Under the pieces are notes generated by a model, which worked only from the letters and a program-made list of their open reading frames with translations, did no database searches and had not been told where the DNA came from. The translations under genes and the position numbers were made by a program. Below are positions 50,453 through 60,347 of a stretch of 64,000 nucleotides of DNA, piece after piece (position 1 is the first letter of the stretch; every line of letters begins with the position of its first letter). The stretch comes from Candidatus Poribacteria bacterium (GTDB lineage: Bacteria > Poribacteria > WGA-4E > WGA-3G): assembly GCA_965197475.1 (NCBI GenBank), contig CBDANF010000002.1, forward strand, positions 864,001-928,000, written 5' to 3'.

Positions 50453-51751
50453 ATGATTCCTATGAAAAATCTGATTATTTCAAGCCTATTGCTTTTGGTG
50501 TTTACGTCACTGTGTTTAACAGGTTGTGGCGGTCAACACAGCCAATTCATGGAGAGCGCACAAGCAAATTATCGAGTTAAAGATTATGATGCTGCCTTAC
50601 GCGATACAGTAATGGCGTTGCAGTATAAGCCAAATTATGAGAAAGCACAGATTTACGTCAAAGCATTTTTCGACACCGCAGTGCAAGTTCATCAAGGCAG
50701 AATAAAAGCTCTTGAAACCACTTCGGACAAATTCAGGTGGGACCAGATCGTGGCAGAGTATGATGGTCTTATCGAAATCAACAGACTGGTGAGCAGTTTA
50801 CCGCCCTTGAAGCGTAAAAAGACCTCGGAACCAATTATTTTTGACATAAAAGATTATACTGCTCAATTTAATGAGGCATTAGAAGAAGCTGCAGCGGCAC
50901 ACTACCAGGAAGGTATTCGCTTGGCTGATTTATCTGATGATCCCGATACTCAGAAGCGCGCGGCGAAAGAATTCAAAATGGTTGAAGAATTCGTTATTGG
51001 CTATAAGGATACACAAACTCGGTATGAACAAGCCAGAAGTGCAGGCGTTAAGAGAATCGCAATTTTGACGTTTGAGGACAAAAGTGGGAGAAGACGTGCT
51101 TATGGTGCGATTTCAGAGACAATCACCGACAATATCATTGGTAGTCTCCTGAACGACCCAGAATCGACTGAATTCCTGACAATTGTCTCTCGAAATCACC
51201 TTGAACAGGTTATTGCGGAACAAGACTTAAATTTTGCAGGCCTGCTTGATAGGCGCACAGTTGCAAGTTTAGGCAAGGTACTCGGTGTACACGAAATAGT
51301 GGTCGGACAAATTACCCAAATTATCTACATACCTCCAGATATCAAAAGGACAACATTAAATCGTGAAAGAACAGAAAATAAGAAGACAGGAACAGTAAAA
51401 TACGTTGGTAAAAATGGCAAAACCAAAACCAGACCGAAGTATTCTGATGTGACTGTCACTGCGAAACTCCTACATTATGAACTGAAATCTTCTGTCTCAA
51501 TTATCGGTTCCTACAAAATCCTTGACGCGCAAACCGCTGAACTTAAGAAAGCAGATAACTTTACCACAAAGCATGAATTCATATCGGAGTGGGCGAGTTT
51601 TATAGGGAACGAAGACGCGTTAACCAGAAATGACCTGATTCTTGTTGACCGCGATAAAGAAAATGCACCTATTGAAAAGGTTATGGTGCTTGAAGCGTCA
51701 AATAAACTGTCTCATGAACTTGCAGAAGCACTAAAAACGTACGTGCGATAA
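50453..51751 (+). CDS. Lipoprotein with TPR-like helices and a CsgG/TolB_N-like domain
   Basis: Lipobox LTGC; RIAILTF...IVSRNHLEQVIAEQ...LGKVLGVHEIVVGQI. Confidence 0.7.
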   Translation: MIPMKNLIISSLLLLVFTSLCLTGCGGQHSQFMESAQANYRVKDYDAALRDTVMALQYKPNYEKAQIYVKAFFDTAVQVHQGRIKALETTSDKFRWDQIVAEYDGLIEINRLVSSLPPLKRKKTSEPIIFDIKDYTAQFNEALEEAAAAHYQEGIRLADLSDDPDTQKRAAKEFKMVEEFVIGYKDTQTRYEQARSAGVKRIAILTFEDKSGRRRAYGAISETITDNIIGSLLNDPESTEFLTIVSRNHLEQVIAEQDLNFAGLLDRRTVASLGKVLGVHEIVVGQITQIIYIPPDIKRTTLNRERTENKKTGTVKYVGKNGKTKTRPKYSDVTVTAKLLHYELKSSVSIIGSYKILDAQTAELKKADNFTTKHEFISEWASFIGNEDALTRNDLILVDRDKENAPIEKVMVLEASNKLSHELAEALKTYVR

Positions 51752-52045
51752 TTCCAGGCAATCTTATGCCATGTTGCAGGCGATTGTTTCGTGAGTTTTG
51801 TAAATGTCAAATCATGCCGATTGTGAAGCGCATATTCGGTGGTGATTCGTTCAATAAAAGTCCTTGACATCCCAATACTGAATGCCTCAGGTAACACTTC
51901 AATTCGAACTTTTTCCAAAAACTTTACCCACCCACACCAAAAATCAATTGTTGACAAAATATATGAATAAAAATATAATTGACATTGAAAGTGCCTTACA
52001 TAGTCCAGCAAGCCACGACTCATCATTTGCTCAAGGAATTTCTTT

Positions 52046-54469
52046 ATGTCAATCAGGATATTACTCGTTCTTCTCGTTATCACTCTCATCTCCATAACAC
52101 CTGTAACAGCACAGGAGTCTTCTGACAACGGAACAGCCACGCTCCCTGCCTCCGATTATTTCGATCACATCACCGTATTCTCTGATGGCAGAATCACCCG
52201 CTTTACACAGACGCCGATCAAGGTGTATATTTCGCCAGTAATAAAAGAGAGTCCGTACTTACCAGAACTTCGCCACGCGATGCGCGAATGGGAAACTGCA
52301 GTTGAAGGACTGATCCGATTTCAGGAAACTGATATACCTGTGAACGCAGACATCCGTGTTAGTTGGGGATACAGTAGCCTAATGGATATTCATGACACTC
52401 GACTCGGTAGCGCGCGGTTAAGACGTTTACAGGACAAAACGAAATCATTTCCCTATCCAACCGAATATGCCAGCACAGATGAACAGACTCAGCAGGATTC
52501 AATCAATGACAAACAGACAGCAGCTAACACTAATAACATTAGAGTAGAAATAATCCTTATGCTGGAAGGTGATAAAACCATCACAGAACTATCCCAAAAG
52601 GAGATGCGGACGGTGTGCCTACACGAGTTTGGACATGCACTTGGGTTGTGGGGGCACAGTCCGCACCCTGGTGATATCTGTTATCCCACTGCAACAACAC
52701 AACGTCTGACACAGCGCGATATCAACACACTACGTAAGCTCTATGATACACCGGTTGACACACCACAACACAATATCGCTATCAATGCTTTGAAAACCGA
52801 GATTTCGCTGGAACCGAGAGAGCATTATCCCCACTACTTACTGGGTGCTGTCTACTTTGACAAAGGCGATATGGAAGCCGCAATTGGTAGTTTTAAGGAT
52901 TGCCTCCAATTAAATGAAAATTTCCAACCCGCCATTGAAAAACTTCTACTGGCTTATGAAGAAACCGGACAGTTAGGGACAGCGATTAATCTGCTTGAAA
53001 GGAGGGTCAGCGAAAAACCCTCGGCCGCAGACTATAACACCCTCGGCATTCACTACTACCGTCAAGGCGAAGTCAATAGAGCCATAGATGTGTTTAAAAG
53101 TGCCGTTCAACTTGGACCTTATCACAAAGCCGCAAAACATAACCTACACCAACTTTTCAGAGAAAAGGCACTCCAAGCTTTGAATGCTAAAGACTTCGAA
53201 TCGGCAATGGCAACTTTTGAAAAAATAATAAAACTTAACCCGTTGGATTCAACGACATATATGTTGATGGGAGATGGGTTTTTACGTGCCGAACGCTACA
53301 CAACAGCCATCCAACACTATCAAAATGCACTTGAATTGAATCCTGTTAGCAGATTAGCCAAACGAGGTCTTGCTCGATGTTATAATAACTATGGGGTTAC
53401 TCTCAGAAATAGTGAACAATGGGATGACGCAATCACCATCTACCGCAAGGCTTTGGAAATACAACCGACATTCCATATTGCACGTGCAAATTTGAGCGAC
53501 GCGTTTTGGCAGAGAGCAAACGCCTATCGAAAATCGGGCCAAGTGGATAAGGCTATCAACGCTTATCTTGAATTGCAAAAACTTCAGCCAAAAGACAATC
53601 AAATCTCCAGTTTGCTTGGCGAATTATACCTCAAGAAACGTAATTTTTCAGCTGCTGTATCTGCTTTTCAAAAGGTTTACATGACAGAACCTGATGCGCC
53701 TCAAGCGCAACATAACCTGATAGCAGCGTATCATCAATCCGCGCAGCACCTCATAGACAGGAAAGATTACCAATCCGCTATTGAATTACTTCAGAAGGCA
53801 GTGGAATTTGTCCCGACTGCATCTAATCTCCGTGTAAGTTTAGCACAGGCATATCAAAACATAGGAAATTATCAGCGCGCCGAAGCTGAGCTTGCACATG
53901 TTTTAAAGGGCGAACCCGACAATCACCCAGCAACAACGGAACAGATTAACCTCTACATTCGTCGCGGAAACACTTTTGTGCAGCAGAAGAATTATCCTGC
54001 CGCGCTCACACAATTCACCGTAATTCCTGACAGTGAAAGAGATATCGTTATTGACAACATCATCGGTTACCTATATCTTGTTCAGGGAAAATTTCCAGAA
54101 GCTTTGACAGCATTTGAAAAAGTTGTTGCTCAAAATCCGCGCAATATATCTACATACTTAAATCTGGTTTCGCTTGAATCGCAACTTGCCAACCGCCTTT
54201 TTGAAAAGAACAAAACGGATAAACTGATCCGAACGCGATGTGTTCTTGCTATCTGCTTACTGCACCAGAATCAATATGACGTTGCGCTTTCTAAATACAA
54301 ACAAGCAAAAGATAGCAAATCAGAAAAACATCAGCAGATTCTATTTAACACGGGAATAAAATTGGCACGAGGTTTTGAAGCACAGAACGATACGGAGCGA
54401 AGTGCTACAATTCTCCGTTGGCTTAGAGAAATAAACCAAAACTTCAATGGGGTGCTTGATGACCGTTAG
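52046..54469 (+). CDS. Secreted matrixin-like zinc metalloprotease with TPR array
   Basis: Signal peptide; HEFGHALGLWGHS; many TPRs. Confidence 0.88.
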   Translation: MSIRILLVLLVITLISITPVTAQESSDNGTATLPASDYFDHITVFSDGRITRFTQTPIKVYISPVIKESPYLPELRHAMREWETAVEGLIRFQETDIPVNADIRVSWGYSSLMDIHDTRLGSARLRRLQDKTKSFPYPTEYASTDEQTQQDSINDKQTAANTNNIRVEIILMLEGDKTITELSQKEMRTVCLHEFGHALGLWGHSPHPGDICYPTATTQRLTQRDINTLRKLYDTPVDTPQHNIAINALKTEISLEPREHYPHYLLGAVYFDKGDMEAAIGSFKDCLQLNENFQPAIEKLLLAYEETGQLGTAINLLERRVSEKPSAADYNTLGIHYYRQGEVNRAIDVFKSAVQLGPYHKAAKHNLHQLFREKALQALNAKDFESAMATFEKIIKLNPLDSTTYMLMGDGFLRAERYTTAIQHYQNALELNPVSRLAKRGLARCYNNYGVTLRNSEQWDDAITIYRKALEIQPTFHIARANLSDAFWQRANAYRKSGQVDKAINAYLELQKLQPKDNQISSLLGELYLKKRNFSAAVSAFQKVYMTEPDAPQAQHNLIAAYHQSAQHLIDRKDYQSAIELLQKAVEFVPTASNLRVSLAQAYQNIGNYQRAEAELAHVLKGEPDNHPATTEQINLYIRRGNTFVQQKNYPAALTQFTVIPDSERDIVIDNIIGYLYLVQGKFPEALTAFEKVVAQNPRNISTYLNLVSLESQLANRLFEKNKTDKLIRTRCVLAICLLHQNQYDVALSKYKQAKDSKSEKHQQILFNTGIKLARGFEAQNDTERSATILRWLREINQNFNGVLDDR

Positions 54470-54532
54470 AGGGCAATTTCTTGTGGGAAGGATTTCAAAT
54501 TTGCGAAGATTTTGAACCTAAATAATTGTCAC

Positions 54533-54561
54533 AAAAAAGGTCGGGTGTGTTCACCCGACCT
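54533..54561 (-). terminator. Rho-independent terminator
   Basis: AGGTCGGGTG-TGTT-CACCCGACCT stem followed by a T-run on the minus strand, just after the stop at 54582. Confidence 0.8.
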
Positions 54562-54581
54562 GATTTACTGTCTTCAAAACA

Positions 54582-55115
54582 TTATTGCGTGGGACGCTGA
54601 CCGCGTTGTCCGCCTTGTCCTTGGCCGCCACGAAATCTGTTTCGGCGTTCCTGTTCGGCTGCAGTACGTTTCTTCATCAACTCAGTCAGTTTCGTCAACT
54701 CCTCTTTAGTCAATACCTCTTTGAGCCCCAAATGAAGTTCTTTGATGGCAGCTGTGGAAAAAGTTTGTATCTCTGTCCTAGCTGCTCGCATATCACCGGA
54801 TGCCATAATCTCTTTCATTTTCATTTCAATTTTATCGCGAGTGGCCTGATGGATAGATCGTGCTTTCACGAGTGTTTCATCATTAACTTTCACTTGAAAC
54901 GTCAAATCGAGCCATGAATTATCAACAAAGGAAGCTGGATTAAACATCCTCATCATGTCTCTTGCGCGGTCACCGCCAGGGCGTTCACCACGTTGACCTT
55001 GTTCGGGCTGTGCGTCACGATCAGGGCGTTGTGCCGAAGTTGCATGTTCAAAAACTAAAAGACTAACGACTGCGATAAGTGCGATTGCGCTGAGTACGAA
55101 AAATTTATGTTTCAT
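54582..55115 (-). CDS. Secreted helical hypothetical protein with Gly/Arg/Gln-rich tails
   Basis: AAGGAG RBS, signal peptide, LKEVLTKEEL (Spy/CpxP-like feel). Confidence 0.65.
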   Translation of the reverse strand: MKHKFFVLSAIALIAVVSLLVFEHATSAQRPDRDAQPEQGQRGERPGGDRARDMMRMFNPASFVDNSWLDLTFQVKVNDETLVKARSIHQATRDKIEMKMKEIMASGDMRAARTEIQTFSTAAIKELHLGLKEVLTKEELTKLTELMKKRTAAEQERRNRFRGGQGQGGQRGQRPTQ

Positions 55116-55295
55116 TTCTTTCTCCTTAAAATGCATAATACATTATTGAACATCAACAATTCGTTTCCGAATGAATGTTCCTATTGGTTTCATTTGTTTA
55201 GTCAAACCTACTCAAAAAAGGTTCGTTTTTAATTTACCATTAACCGAAATCCCGATGTTTAAAGCAGGTTCCTGCCCTTATTCAAAATGAATTTG

Positions 55296-55517
55296 TTATT
55301 CATCTTTCTGATCTGCGTTCTCCACATTTAGCAGTGGGTCTTCTTTTGTAAGCTCACCATTTGGGAGTTCATAGTAGAGATGTCCGTTAAAATCATACAC
55401 ATTCGGAATGCCTTTTTTGCGGTTTTCTTCTTGCGCTCGTTTAGCAGCACGATTACCAATCCGTAAGAGTTCCCTTACTTGTTTGTAGTTTTCAAGGTTT
55501 AGTTCGTCTTGATGCAT
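55296..55517 (-). CDS. Small protein, putative partner or antitoxin of the zeta-like ATPase
   Basis: GNRAAKRAQEENRKKGIPNVY; TAATG coupling to the upstream gene. Confidence 0.65.
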   Translation of the reverse strand: MHQDELNLENYKQVRELLRIGNRAAKRAQEENRKKGIPNVYDFNGHLYYELPNGELTKEDPLLNVENADQKDE

Positions 55518-56206
55518 TATGTGCCTCCATTGTTAATGTTTTCCATAAATAGGTCAAAGAAAACCTCATTTGCTACCGTGAACCGGTTGCCTTTACCAGA
55601 AGCAGCTTCCTGAAAATGCTCTCCAGAATTATAAAACAGATACCATCGGTCAACCTGATTTTTGTAGATGTGCCAGAAGTTATACTTGCTCCGATAGAAT
55701 CGTCTCACAATGTCCTCCGTTGGCACATCGTGTCCGCCTGCCCTTACCCTATTTCGCACGCGAGCAATACACGTTTCTGGTGACTTAAGAAAAAGAAATA
55801 TAATTGTAACTGTATACCCGGCGCGCCTCAATTGAGAGATAATTTTCTGAAACCCTCTACCTGCGAGTGTTACTTCAACGACAAAATCCTTTTCTGTTTG
55901 GATGAGGCGGTAGATTTCGTCAAAAAATTGGCGACCCGCTTGGATCTTGACTTTGTTGAACGCCTTTGGTGTAGACACAAGCCTTTCCGCTATAGCGTCG
56001 GCACTGAGATATTCAAAATTCTCTGAGTCATGAAGAAATTCAGACGCAAATGTTGTTTTACCAGATCCGTTTGGACCAGCGATGATCATGACATTTTTTA
56101 ACAAGAGTTCCTCCAGTTTCCCGATATTAATCCTGCTTTCTGTAAGAGCAGTGCTTCTTTGAAATGTAAGTGACATAAATTTTCGCTGATCGTTTATCTT
56201 TTGCAT
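55517..56206 (-). CDS. Zeta-toxin-like P-loop kinase/ATPase (start uncertain)
   Basis: IIAGPNGSGKTT, SADAIA, EVTLAG, RVRAGGHDVP...RRF. Confidence 0.8.
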   Translation of the reverse strand: MQKINDQRKFMSLTFQRSTALTESRINIGKLEELLLKNVMIIAGPNGSGKTTFASEFLHDSENFEYLSADAIAERLVSTPKAFNKVKIQAGRQFFDEIYRLIQTEKDFVVEVTLAGRGFQKIISQLRRAGYTVTIIFLFLKSPETCIARVRNRVRAGGHDVPTEDIVRRFYRSKYNFWHIYKNQVDRWYLFYNSGEHFQEAASGKGNRFTVANEVFFDLFMENINNGGT

Positions 56207-56287
56207 TATACCAAGTTAACTTATTCCTGCCAATTAAATTCTTAAAGAGTGAAAAACATGACGAACGACCTCAGTAAGATCCGCTTC

Positions 56288-56316
56288 TTGATACTGCACA
56301 TTTTATATGCTATAAT
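56288..56316 (+). promoter_or_regulatory. Sigma70 promoter of murB
   Basis: TTGATA-N17-TATAAT with extended -10 TG. Confidence 0.65.
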
Positions 56317-56337
56317 TGAGAGGAAAGGAAGGACATA

Positions 56338-57246
56338 ATGGATTGGAAAGACGCACTATCGCAAATTGTCACGCAACCCGGCACACGACTCCGGTTTGAT
56401 GAACCACTTGCAAAGCATACCTACTTCGGCATCGGTGGAGAAGCAATTGCTTACATAGAAGTCAGTACCATAGACGAATTAGCAGCATTAGCACGTTTTC
56501 ATCGCAAATGGGAAGTTCCCGTTGCAATTATAGGCAGAGGCGCGAATCTATTGGTGAGCGATAAAGGTTTCAAAGGAATCGGGGTCGGGTTAGTTGGAGA
56601 ATTAGCAACACTGGAGGTAGACGGGAACGTTGTTACCGTTGGTGCGGGGCATCCACTGCCGAGTCTCTCCAAAGTAATGTCAAAAAGTGGATTAAGCGGT
56701 GTTGAATTTGCGCTCGGTATCCCTGGTACTGTCGGTGGCGCGCTTATTATGAACGCAGGTGCATGGGGGAGTAGTTTCGGAGATGTTGTCACGGATGTTA
56801 CCGTAATGCGTGATACCGGTGAACTCGTGACGTTAACCCATGACGAAGCAAACTTTGAATATCGGCACAGCGGACTGGATGCCTATTTCTGCGTTGTAGG
56901 TGCTACACTCAAGCTTCAACCTGGGAATGTAGACACAATTACAGCACGGATGAATACCTTCTTCAAACAGAAAATCGCAACACAACCCTTCGCTGAAGAG
57001 AATGCAGGATGTATGTTTAAAAATCCGCCTGGCGATTCTGCCGGACGACTCATAGATGTCAGTGGTTTGAAGGGGTATCGTATCGGTGGGGCAGAGGTAT
57101 CCACGGTACACGGCAATTTTATCCTAAATATTGACAACGCTACGGCGGCAGATGTTTTAAACTTAATAGCGCATATCCAAAAGCAGGTCCGCAAAAAGAC
57201 AGGAATCTCGCTCCAAACAGAGGTAAAACGTTTAGGTTTTGACTAA
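56338..57246 (+). CDS. murB: UDP-N-acetylenolpyruvoylglucosamine reductase
   Basis: HTYFGIGG, GRGANLL, GIPGTVGGALIMNAGA, FEYRHS, AGCMFKNP, HGNFILN, EV. Confidence 0.96.
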   Translation: MDWKDALSQIVTQPGTRLRFDEPLAKHTYFGIGGEAIAYIEVSTIDELAALARFHRKWEVPVAIIGRGANLLVSDKGFKGIGVGLVGELATLEVDGNVVTVGAGHPLPSLSKVMSKSGLSGVEFALGIPGTVGGALIMNAGAWGSSFGDVVTDVTVMRDTGELVTLTHDEANFEYRHSGLDAYFCVVGATLKLQPGNVDTITARMNTFFKQKIATQPFAEENAGCMFKNPPGDSAGRLIDVSGLKGYRIGGAEVSTVHGNFILNIDNATAADVLNLIAHIQKQVRKKTGISLQTEVKRLGFD

Positions 57247-57297
57247 GGGAGTTGAGATGCTTCATCAGATAACTGATTCACGACAAGAATGAGAACT

Positions 57298-57485
57298 CAT
57301 ACTAAATTAACTCGATTCGTAGCGCGAAGTCTCTGGGTTCTCCTCACACTGCTGACTTTATCAGAAAACTTCAAATCCCGTTAATTTGGTATAATCCCGA
57401 ATTAGTTTGAATTGTAGTGCGAGGTCCCCGTGCCTCGCAATGCTAACTTTATCGGAAAACTTTGAATCCCGTTAATTTGGTATTA
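57298..57485. mobile_element. Two tandem ~90 bp MITEs
   Basis: Each ends GTTAATTTGGTA; interiors resemble 13161-13254. Confidence 0.78.
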
Positions 57486-57560
57486 TTGGTGGGTATGTGG
57501 ATCATGGATGGAATAGTTAATGAGCGGCAACCAATTGCCAATCTATTTCAGGAGGATATC

Positions 57561-57848
57561 ATGCAAGAATCAACTGTTTACCAAAATATAATCAGAAAAG
57601 GCAGAGTAGAAGGTTTTGAGCAAGGCATAAGACAAGGTCTTGAACAAGGAGAGCGGAAAAACACCATTGAAAGCATTCTGGAACTCCTTAACATTCGTTT
57701 TCAAGACAGCACAACAGAAACCTTAGAGACTACGATTGAAGGTATTGACGATCTGACACGTCTCAAACAGTTGCGTCGCGCGGCAGCACAGGTGCAAACT
57801 TTGGCAGCATTCATACGTACACTTGAAAACGGTGACGAATCAGTCTAA
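57561..57848 (+). CDS. Stand-alone C-terminal domain of an Rpn/DUF4351-like protein (remnant or small expressed protein)
   Basis: AGGAGG RBS then MQESTVYQNIIRKGRVEGFEQG...LLNIRF...IDDLTRLKQL; upstream in-frame residues are cut by a MITE. Confidence 0.6.
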   Translation: MQESTVYQNIIRKGRVEGFEQGIRQGLEQGERKNTIESILELLNIRFQDSTTETLETTIEGIDDLTRLKQLRRAAAQVQTLAAFIRTLENGDESV

Positions 57849-58035
57849 TACCAAATTAACTTGATCCCACTCGGTAGGCGCGCTTTGTAAGCACGCAGTC
57901 TGCCCAGAAAAATAAGACTAATCCCATTAATTTGGTATAATACCCAATTAACCCGATTTGTAGCGCGAGGTCTCTGGGTCCTCGTCGCAATGTCGACTTT
58001 ATCTGAAGACATCGAATCAGGTTAATTTGGTATAA
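57846..58035. mobile_element. Two tandem ~90 bp MITEs sharing a TAA
   Basis: TAA-TACCAAATTAA...TTAATTTGGTA-TAA-TACCCAATTAA...TTAATTTGGTA-TAA. Confidence 0.82.
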
Positions 58036-58062
58036 CCTGGATAAGCAGATTTTCTGTACAGC

Positions 58063-59256
58063 TTAAGGCCGGATAACCGTACCGTCCATCCTCCGCACTG
58101 GTGCCCAACCGCCGTTGAGTGGATGTTCTGGAAACGGGAATCGTGCCGCGAGTTCCTCGTTGACATCAATGCCGAGTCCCGGTGCTTCATTCGCCCAATA
58201 ACAACCATCCCTAATTTCTGGACAACCCGGGAAAACCTCTTTTGTGTTTTCACCGAAGACATGCTGCTCCTGAATCCCGAAGTTATAACACGCTAAATCC
58301 AAAGCGACGTTGGCGGCATGCCCAATGGGTGAAACATCACCTGGTCCGTGCCATGCGGTACGCACGCCGAAGAATTCACAGAGTGAAGCAAGTTTCCGCG
58401 CGGGACTAATACCACCAATCTGTGAAATATGCACCCGAATAAAATCTATAAGACGGTCTTTGATAAGATGAACATACTCATTTGGATTGTTAAACAGTTC
58501 TCCCATTGCAATTGGGATGCTTGTCTGTTGGCGCATCAGTTGGAAATAATCAACATCCTCCGGTGCAAACGGATCTTCAAGGAAAAAGAGATTATACGGT
58601 TCCAACCCTTTGGCAAGATTAATCGCTTGGATCGGCGGTATCCGTTCATGCACATCGTGCAGAAGTTCTACCTCATCACCTAACTTCGTCCGTAGATGAT
58701 CAAAAAGTTTAATGACCGTGTTGACATACGGTGTCGGTTCAAAAGCAGGGGAACTCCGCTTTCCGCCCCCTGCACCATAAGTAGAATAGCCGGAAATTGC
58801 AACTTGCGCGCGCACATAGCGATACCCTTGTTCCATATACCGCCTGACGCTGTTCTCTACATCCTCAAAACTTCCACCGCCTGCGTGTGCATAAAGCGTT
58901 GCTGCCTCACGACACTTACCGCCAAGCAGTTGGTAGACAGGCATGTTCGCTCTTTTGCCCATGATGTCCCACAGCGCAATATCCACACCGCTCAATGCGT
59001 TGTTCAGCACCGGTCCGTTTCGCCAATATGAACTGACAAAACTGGTCTGGAAAATATCCTCTATGTTGGTAGGGTCTTTTCCTATCAGAAAGGGTTTTAG
59101 GTATTCATCAACAGCGGTTGCCACGGCAAGCGGACGCTGGGTAAACGTAGCGCAACCCACTCCGTATAAACCGGGATCACTTGTTTCAATCTTCACAACG
59201 ACAAGACGTATCCCATCGGGTGCTGTTAGTATGGTTTTGACATCTGTTATTTTCAA
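58063..59256 (-). CDS. Enolase-superfamily sugar-acid dehydratase (mannonate dehydratase/RspA-like)
   Basis: YWRNGPV, DIALWDI, LLHDVHER, FLEDP, AMGELF, TAWHGPGD. Confidence 0.88.
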   Translation of the reverse strand: MKITDVKTILTAPDGIRLVVVKIETSDPGLYGVGCATFTQRPLAVATAVDEYLKPFLIGKDPTNIEDIFQTSFVSSYWRNGPVLNNALSGVDIALWDIMGKRANMPVYQLLGGKCREAATLYAHAGGGSFEDVENSVRRYMEQGYRYVRAQVAISGYSTYGAGGGKRSSPAFEPTPYVNTVIKLFDHLRTKLGDEVELLHDVHERIPPIQAINLAKGLEPYNLFFLEDPFAPEDVDYFQLMRQQTSIPIAMGELFNNPNEYVHLIKDRLIDFIRVHISQIGGISPARKLASLCEFFGVRTAWHGPGDVSPIGHAANVALDLACYNFGIQEQHVFGENTKEVFPGCPEIRDGCYWANEAPGLGIDVNEELAARFPFPEHPLNGGWAPVRRMDGTVIRP

Positions 59257-59494
59257 AGTGGAGGCTCTCCTATTTTCTTGATAGTGAAAGTTCTATGTTC
59301 AGCAGCATTACCATCTTTTGAAACTTCATTGATAAATTTACCAAACTGAACATGACTTGTCAAGCGAAACCTTTTGCTTGACCTTTTTTGGGCAAATATG
59401 GTACTATTTTGATAAGCAAATTGTAGTGGTTCTGTTGAAGGTTTTTTCCGGACACTGTAATGGCATTTATTGATAGCATAAGGTATATCGCACA

Positions 59495-60347
59495 ATGACA
59501 GAAATAAACACAAACCTCTATCTTGGGGATTGCATAGAGGTACTTGCCGATTTTGACACCGAATTCATTTGACCTGATTGTGACCTCTCCTCCGTATGCG
59601 GACCACCGATCTAAAACTTATGGAGGAATCAAACCCAATGAATATGTGGATTGGTTTATGCCTCGCGCTGAACAATTTTTAAGGGTCCTCAAGCCATCCG
59701 GCACATTCATCTTCAACATTAAAGAGAAAGCCGTTAACGGAGAACGACATACTTATGTTATTGAATTGATCCTTGAAATGAAAAAACAGGGATGGCTGTG
59801 GACAGAGGAGTTTATCTGGCACAAGAAAAACAGTTATCCGGGCAAATGGCCAAACAGATTCAGAGATGCTTGGGAAAGATGTCTACAGTTCAACAAAACG
59901 AAAAAGTTCAATATGTATCAAGAGGCTGTTATGGTGCCAATGGGAGATTGGGCAGAGAAAAGGTTGAAAAATATGAGCAAGACAGATAAAAGTCGGGACA
60001 CGTCGAAAGTGGGTAGCGGGTTCGGTAAAAATGTTTCAAATTGGTTAGACCGAAAAATGGCGTATCCGACGAATGTTTTGCATCTCGCAACGGAGACGGG
60101 AAATCGAAAACATAGTGCTGTTTTTCCAAAGACGTTACCTGAATGGTTTATTAAGCTGTTTACGAAAGAAAATGATTGGGTGCTTGATCCTTTTGCGGGT
60201 TCCGGAACAACATGTCAGGTCGCTCAGAAATTACTAAGAAATTCCGCAGGCATTGAAATTTTGCCACAGTATTATCAGGTCGCAAAGGAAAACATCAAAT
60301 CGACACAATATAAGATTGAATGCCAACAAATAAGGGCAACTATTTGA
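59495..60347 (+). pseudogene. Beta-class amino-DNA methyltransferase (SPPY, probably m4C), frameshifted near 59560
   Basis: MTEINTNLYLGDCIEVL from ATG 59495 stops early; the other frame has IVTSPPY, HSAVFP, VLDPFAGSGTT. Confidence 0.78.
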
